A stretch of DNA of 64,000 nt, taken from assembly GCA_905178155.1 (NCBI GenBank), contig CAJINV010000001.1, positions 3,611,706-3,675,705 of the forward strand, in the 5' to 3' direction. Shown one piece after another: positions 61,673-64,000 of the stretch. The notes beneath the pieces were generated by a model. It did not search any database. It was not told the DNA's origin and saw only the letters and a program-made list of their open reading frames with translations. How positions within the stretch are numbered: position 1 is the first letter of the stretch; every line of letters begins with the position of its first letter. The translations under genes and the position numbers were made by a program. This DNA comes from Amoebophrya sp. A120. Its lineage: Eukaryota > Protista > Dinoflagellata.

Positions 61673-62797
61673 GATTTTTTACTGCAAGTGCAAACGAGCA
61701 AAAAAGTATTTTTTTGCATGAAGTTTTTACTACACGTACGCACGTACTATGAGCACGCCTTTTCTTCTTACCAACTTCAAAAAAATCACACCAGCCCAAG
61801 CTCTGTGCAAAAGCAACAAGGTGCTGTTGGCCGCAATCCGGTTTCGCAAGGGGGCTGCGGCTGCAGCTGCACGAGCTGGCAAATGAAGGCAGCCGGGATG
61901 TGTTTGCTCGTTTTCATCACTAGAGTAGATGTGATCAATTTTTTTACAACAACCTTCCTCACGTTTCTACTGTACTTACCTTTATTTACACCCGGCACGG
62001 GCCATCATTGTTAACTGTCTTCGAGTTCGATGCGAAAATTGAGCAAAACTTGCAGTGTATCAAAGTTCAAAATGAAATTTGGCCGGCTGAGTGGTTCTTC
62101 AACTACATACGTGAATACACCAATTACTAAATGCGGGAACAATATTTACAGCAGCCGTAGCAGAACTAAAATGAATGTAAGGTGTCTACTACTTGTTTGC
62201 GCCTAAGGAACCACGACTATCACCGCACCGCTTGTGAGTACTACAGCTTTCATGCCGTCTTGTCGTTTTGATTTGATGTCGAAGATGAAGTTTTTAGTCA
62301 TTTTGCCAGCTATTCGAGGAACAGGTCATGTTCCAAGCAGAACTGTGCGTGCTCGTAATCGTCGCAAGTTCCACTTTGTTTGCCCGATCGGTCCTCGTGA
62401 AAAACGACATTGGGAACAGTCCGAAGATGTCGGTCTTTTGTCTCCGTTGTCATTGTTGGTGCAGTCGTTATTGATAATCTCTATCATTACCATTAGAGGC
62501 GGTATCGTCGTGATTAGTCTCAGTCGTCAAGCCCTAAGGCACACTCTGTCGTGATCGTGCAGATTTTCGCAAAAGTAAACTAAAAATTTGTGATGTTTAC
62601 TGACCTTTACCAGCAATGAATGAGATTTGATTCGTGACATTTCATCAGCAGGCCGTGTATTTTTTTGAAGGTTGGGAATGAGGCCGCACACGTATTTCTG
62701 TCAGGTCGAGGCGTTCCGAAATTGAAATATTTCAGTCCGAAAGTTACTAGTACACTTACATCTTTATCCTGGTCATCCTCACGACTGACTCAAAAGT

Positions 62798-63936
62798 ATG
62801 GACACGACTAGTACACAGCCTCAAGGCGGGCCGTTTTTCTGGCTGCTTCTAAGCGGCGAAGCGGAGCAGTATGTGCGTGCGATGGGCGAGAGAGATGATA
62901 GTACAACGAGCAACGAGGGAAGCGGCGCAGCAGAGTGGCGTCAGGACCCCGCGGACGGTCGTTTCTACACTCTCGCCGAGACCATTGCATTCTACCGAGA
63001 CCAACTGGCGGACCTGACGGAAGCGAATGAAGCAGCCATTCAGGAAGAAGACATCTTCGCTTACTATCAAGCGGAGATGCGTCCGTGGGAAGGCCCGGCG
63101 ACGCGGGCGGAGCTGGAACGAGACGTGAGAGCGCTTCTGCAGTTGCCGGAAGAGTTACAGGATTCGCTATTGACGAACCTGTGCAGTGTCGTGCCCGCGG
63201 GTGTCAAGCTGGCCGAAAAGTTGGAAGCGGCTTTGACCTCCGTTTCTGTCTCTAGCAGTCATGGCGTCCGGGAGCAGGCTTCTTCTTCGAAGGCATCTTC
63301 TTCGTTGCATGTTGCCCCGCTTTGCTCGTCGGAGGTGGACCAACCTTTTCTAGTTTTGGATGAAAACGTGGTAAACGCTACGTTTCTTCCGGCTGAAGGC
63401 CACTTGACGGTCCGGGAATTAGCTTTGGAAGCCAGCAGTCTGGTACAACCGACGAGCGTGCCTTTGCTTACTGCAAATCAAGCCCGGGGGACCACAAGCT
63501 CACCGGTCGTGCGCAAGATCGAAGATGGGGTCGTGAGCGGGACGGGGCAGGATAGTAACCTGGAGGCCATGGTTAATATTTCCTCTAGAACACCGATTCT
63601 GGCCTATTACCCAGAAAACAGAGCTGCATCGGCAAGCGGAAGCAAGCAAGGTGATGTTAAGCAGAGCATTGCCTTCAACCTGGCGGATGCGGAGGTGGAA
63701 CGCGAGGCGGTTTCAGGGAAAATCGCAGCGGCGGACTTGGCGGACGCCAGTCTCACCGCGACGCGCGCGTTAGCTTCTGGCGTCGCGTCGCAGCTGCAGC
63801 CAAGCGAGGATGATCCCGGAGTGCAGACCGCGATGCTGCGGCGCAACACGGCGCGGGGCGCAGCAAGCGTTGTGATGTTCGGGGGCGCGCAGCGAGTGAA
63901 AAGCTCGCGAGCATCGTCGTCGGAAGACGGAACCTC
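62798..63936 (+). CDS. Hypothetical protein, first exon, with a WRQDPADGRFYT motif; probably continues beyond the window
   Basis: 385-aa ORF with a probable GTATTG donor near its end (~63937). Confidence 0.6.
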
Positions 63937-64000
63937 GGTATTGTACTTACAATAAATACGAATTGTTCATCAAAGTAGCTGATCTTGAGGTTGAGTCTAT

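Noticed and set aside
3059-63955. Genome-wide stop-codon reassignment
   Set aside because: Multiple >1,000-codon ORFs are open in the standard code and genes end in TAA, TAG and TGA; only one internal TGA was found.

Overview
Eukaryotic nuclear DNA, most likely from a dinoflagellate-lineage alveolate (Amoebophrya/Syndiniales-like). This is an inference from three things: every credible gene is on the + strand, proteins carry long low-complexity insertions, and GT-AG introns occur alongside non-canonical introns bounded by direct and inverted repeats. The first ~6.6 kb is a nested insertion hotspot. It holds two foldback-type satellite elements and four partial copies of an 87-bp unit. These copies flank an intronless cold-shock/coiled-coil ORF and a 1.77-kb decayed insert with a 46-bp duplication and a (TCC)n tail. 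From ~6.9 kb onward is a co-oriented gene array: B-box protein, EH-domain protein, four small CxxC membrane paralogs around a DUF218 gene, SIZ/PIAS-like SUMO ligase, a ~3,500-aa orphan with one in-frame TGA, MGAT2-like and MGAT4-like glycosyltransferases separated by an 819-bp insert with a 57-bp duplication, BBOF1-like, Mpv17/PMP22, VPS9-like and hypothetical genes. The strongest leads are insertions with 46-87-bp duplications, introns that look like TIR elements, and a probable MGAT2-MGAT4 fusion. All gene models were spliced by eye and family calls come from recalled motifs, not database searches.
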